From a virus (Duplodnaviria > Caudoviricetes), in IMG/VR virus record IMGVR_UViG_3300021791_000005, positions 1 through 37,619 of that record: a stretch of DNA of 37,619 nucleotides; one strand, given 5' to 3'. Position 1 is the first letter of the stretch. Every line of letters begins with the position of its first letter. Below the pieces are notes generated by a model. The model had not been told where the DNA came from. It worked only from the letters and a program-made list of their open reading frames with translations, and made no database searches. A program made the position numbers and the translations under genes. This document shows positions 35,927 to 37,619 of this stretch, in pieces.

Positions 35927-36232
35927 CTATTTTTTACTATTTCTATATTCTTTTCCGAGCATTCGAACAGACATAACGTAGTCCATTATGTTGCACCAAT
36001 TTGGAGTACGTTTATGCAGCTTGTAATCTTTGTAGATATTCCGAACTACAATAAGATTAGTCTTATATGCAGAGGCAAGTATCCGTTTAAATCTTGAGCT
36101 GTAGAATTGGTCATTATTTTCCCCACCATTCCAGGCTTTAATCCAATCACGAGTGTAGTCTGGATTGCATAAGGAATCGGCAGTAGATACGGGGCCATAG
36201 GCCAGGTAGCCTTCTTCTTTTTCAAAGTCCAT
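35927..36232 (-). CDS. Hypothetical protein, 101 aa
   Basis: ORF in tightly packed early operon. Confidence 0.7.
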   Translation of the reverse strand: MDFEKEEGYLAYGPVSTADSLCNPDYTRDWIKAWNGGENNDQFYSSRFKRILASAYKTNLIVVRNIYKDYKLHKRTPNWCNIMDYVMSVRMLGKEYRNSKK

Positions 36233-36392
36233 CTTTGTACTCTACTTTCTCTGTGAAAATTTCTTCTGTACATGCTGAATTAGGATCAAGAAGTGGGGAG
36301 AATAGGTCATTTGCTATATCCTCAGCATCTACTTCATTGTCAGCTTCAAGTTCTACTTCTTGATAAATTGTGTAGGAAACTTTAAATCTCAT
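36222..36392 (-). CDS. Small acidic protein, 56 aa (MRFKVSYTIYQEVELEADNEVDAEDIA...), not in the ORF track
   Basis: Fills the gap; ELEADNEVDA pattern common in small phage early proteins. Confidence 0.7.
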   Translation of the reverse strand: MRFKVSYTIYQEVELEADNEVDAEDIANDLFSPLLDPNSACTEEIFTEKVEYKDGL

Positions 36393-36402
36393 ATTAACTT
36401 TC

Positions 36403-36624
36403 TTAGTTCAAAGAATCTTTTTGTTTAAATTGGTCATTATTATTTTTTAGGAGTTTCATATTTTTAGATAAGTTATCGAGTCGATTCATCACTATTTTAT
36501 TTACTTTTACCTGATGACTATTTAGCTCTACCTGATGACTATGTATATCTAGTATTTTATCTAATACGAGATGCGCTTCGTGTAATACCCTTAAAGATTG
36601 TTTGTATAGTTCATTAGAATCCAT
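36403..36624 (-). CDS. Hypothetical coiled-coil protein, 73 aa
   Basis: ORF with internal SHQV duplication. Confidence 0.65.
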   Translation of the reverse strand: MDSNELYKQSLRVLHEAHLVLDKILDIHSHQVELNSHQVKVNKIVMNRLDNLSKNMKLLKNNNDQFKQKDSLN

Positions 36625-37051
36625 AGTCGTTTGTCCCTATCTGTTTTGAGTATATATTTATTTCTTCTTTGCACGCGTAACATGGGACGTCTTCATACAC
36701 TACTCCGTTAAGGGTAGCTAAATAACAACTATTTTTGGCCTTAAAGCTTTTGGAGTAAGAATAGTTTTGGTAAAAAAGTTGTGGGTTAGGGATAACGTAT
36801 TCGTATGACTTCTTTTCTTTACTTCTATCAGGAATTATTTCACCGAAATACATATTCCTAATAATATTCTCCGCACTCTCTTCGCTGTCAGTATCTACGA
36901 TATATATATTTGTGATTGTCCATTTAAATATACCGGAGTAATCGAATCTAAATATCTCACGATATATTATTTCTTCTACTTCAAACGTGTATGGTTCAGG
37001 TGCATATAATGGTCTAAAAGACCAATCTTCCTGTTCGTTTGGGTATCTCAT
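36614..37051 (-). CDS. Hypothetical protein, 145 aa
   Basis: AAGGAAGGA RBS before ATG at 37051; C-terminal CxxC. Confidence 0.7.
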   Translation of the reverse strand: MRYPNEQEDWSFRPLYAPEPYTFEVEEIIYREIFRFDYSGIFKWTITNIYIVDTDSEESAENIIRNMYFGEIIPDRSKEKKSYEYVIPNPQLFYQNYSYSKSFKAKNSCYLATLNGVVYEDVPCYACKEEINIYSKQIGTNDYGF

Positions 37052-37084
37052 TTCCTTCCTTTTTATTTTGGAAAAAGTTATTAG

Positions 37085-37124
37085 ACCGGCCACCAACTTT
37101 AGTTACCGGCCACCATCTTGAGTT
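37085..37124. repeat. Tandem 20-bp motif pair ACCGGCCACCAWCTTKAGTT
   Basis: Two adjacent copies; same motif as 34801-34843. Confidence 0.9.
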
Positions 37125-37142
37125 AAAAAAAAGAAATGTAGT

Positions 37143-37180
37143 AAAAAAACCCAGGTATACCTTTGTTGGTATACCTGGGT
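37143..37180 (-). terminator. Intrinsic terminator
   Basis: ACCCAGGTATACC/GGTATACCTGGGT 13-bp stem with T tract on the - strand. Confidence 0.88.
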
Positions 37181-37209
37181 AACAACTGAACGTATTATTT
37201 TTTGTACCC

Positions 37210-37314
37210 TTACGACCCGAGCATACTAAGACAAACAAGGAAGATAAACGCTACTCCGAACCAAGCTAAACCAACAACAATATCAACAAGACCTTCTCCA
37301 TCTTTTTTAGACAC
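37210..37314 (-). CDS. 34-aa single-pass membrane peptide (MSKKDGEGLVDIVVGLAWFGVAFIFLVCLSMLGS), not in the ORF track
   Basis: AAGGA + GTG start; one hydrophobic helix; ends just before the terminator. Confidence 0.65.
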   Translation of the reverse strand: MSKKDGEGLVDIVVGLAWFGVAFIFLVCLSMLGS

Positions 37315-37619
37315 TTCTTTTATCCTTTATCCTTTAATTTTTTCGATATAGCCGTCTGAGTCTACCGAAACGCTTGCGTACCACTTGTGAGGCTTTGGGT
37401 AATGTGGCCCTTCGATTGTAGTGGAGCAATTTGAAGGACGAAAAGGAAACCCTGTTACGTCTGCATTCGGTTGATGTACACGAATCTTAGTTCCGCTTTT
37501 GAAGTCCTCTTTAAGCTGTTTTTTTGTTTTGTAATCTTTGTCGGTATACATCGTAAATCCTTATCGTTTGTGTTGTTCGTAGATAAAGAGAATCCATCAT
37601 CTTGTGCTCTGATACTGTT
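37268..37619. repeat. Right copy of imperfect terminal direct repeat
   Basis: Matches 1-352. Confidence 0.95.
37327..37551 (-). CDS. Allelic copy of the 74-aa early protein (ATG start)
   Basis: One amino-acid difference (I/T) from 60-284. Confidence 0.85.
   Translation of the reverse strand: MYTDKDYKTKKQLKEDFKSGTKIRVHQPNADVTGFPFRPSNCSTTIEGPHYPKPHKWYASVSVDSDGYIEKIKG

Larger units (their letters stand above)
1..37619. mobile_element. Near-complete or complete tailed dsDNA bacteriophage genome (podovirus-like, unit length ~37,267 bp)
   Basis: Terminase-portal-scaffold-capsid-adaptor-nozzle-ejection protein order on +, replication/recombination module on -, terminal redundancy, no tape measure or sheath gene, no host housekeeping genes. 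Confidence 0.95.

Noticed and set aside
1-37619. Alternative genetic code, tRNA genes, introns or inteins
   Set aside because: Genes are intact and densely packed in the standard code with all three stops used; I saw no tRNA cloverleaf, split core gene or intein motif, though no scan was run

Overview
This window is an apparently complete ~37.3 kb tailed dsDNA phage genome of podovirus-type organisation; the first 352 nt recur imperfectly at the end. The + strand carries the late genes: a cluster of very basic proteins, an SNase-type nuclease, terminase, portal, scaffold, a DUF5309/SU10-type capsid, adaptor, nozzle, three probable ejection proteins, a beta-helix tailspike, a holin/spanin-like trio and tail accessory genes. 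The - strand carries early and replication genes: unknown early proteins, a GP88-like Fe-S protein, an HTH protein, SNF2 helicase, RuvC-like resolvase, Cas4-like exonuclease, AAA_24 ATPase, DUF669 SSB-like protein and AAA_25 helicase. I recognise no DNA polymerase, RNA polymerase, integrase or endolysin. The most striking signal is non-coding. The leftward early unit is built like a bacterial rRNA operon: a sigma70 promoter with GC-rich discriminator, a hairpin, a boxA-like element and a structured leader. It then has a 35-bp long-range duplex, with G-U-biased mismatches on the sense strand, that brackets exactly one orphan gene, as RNase III processing stems bracket 16S rRNA. Other notable items are paired 17-20 bp motifs downstream of both - strand terminators, a candidate ~120 nt structured RNA at the late promoter, a double-hairpin/uORF leader on the helicase, a duplicated histone-H1-like protein cassette and a coiled-coil u-spanin-like lipoprotein. 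All protein calls come from motifs and gene order read by eye; no database search was run.
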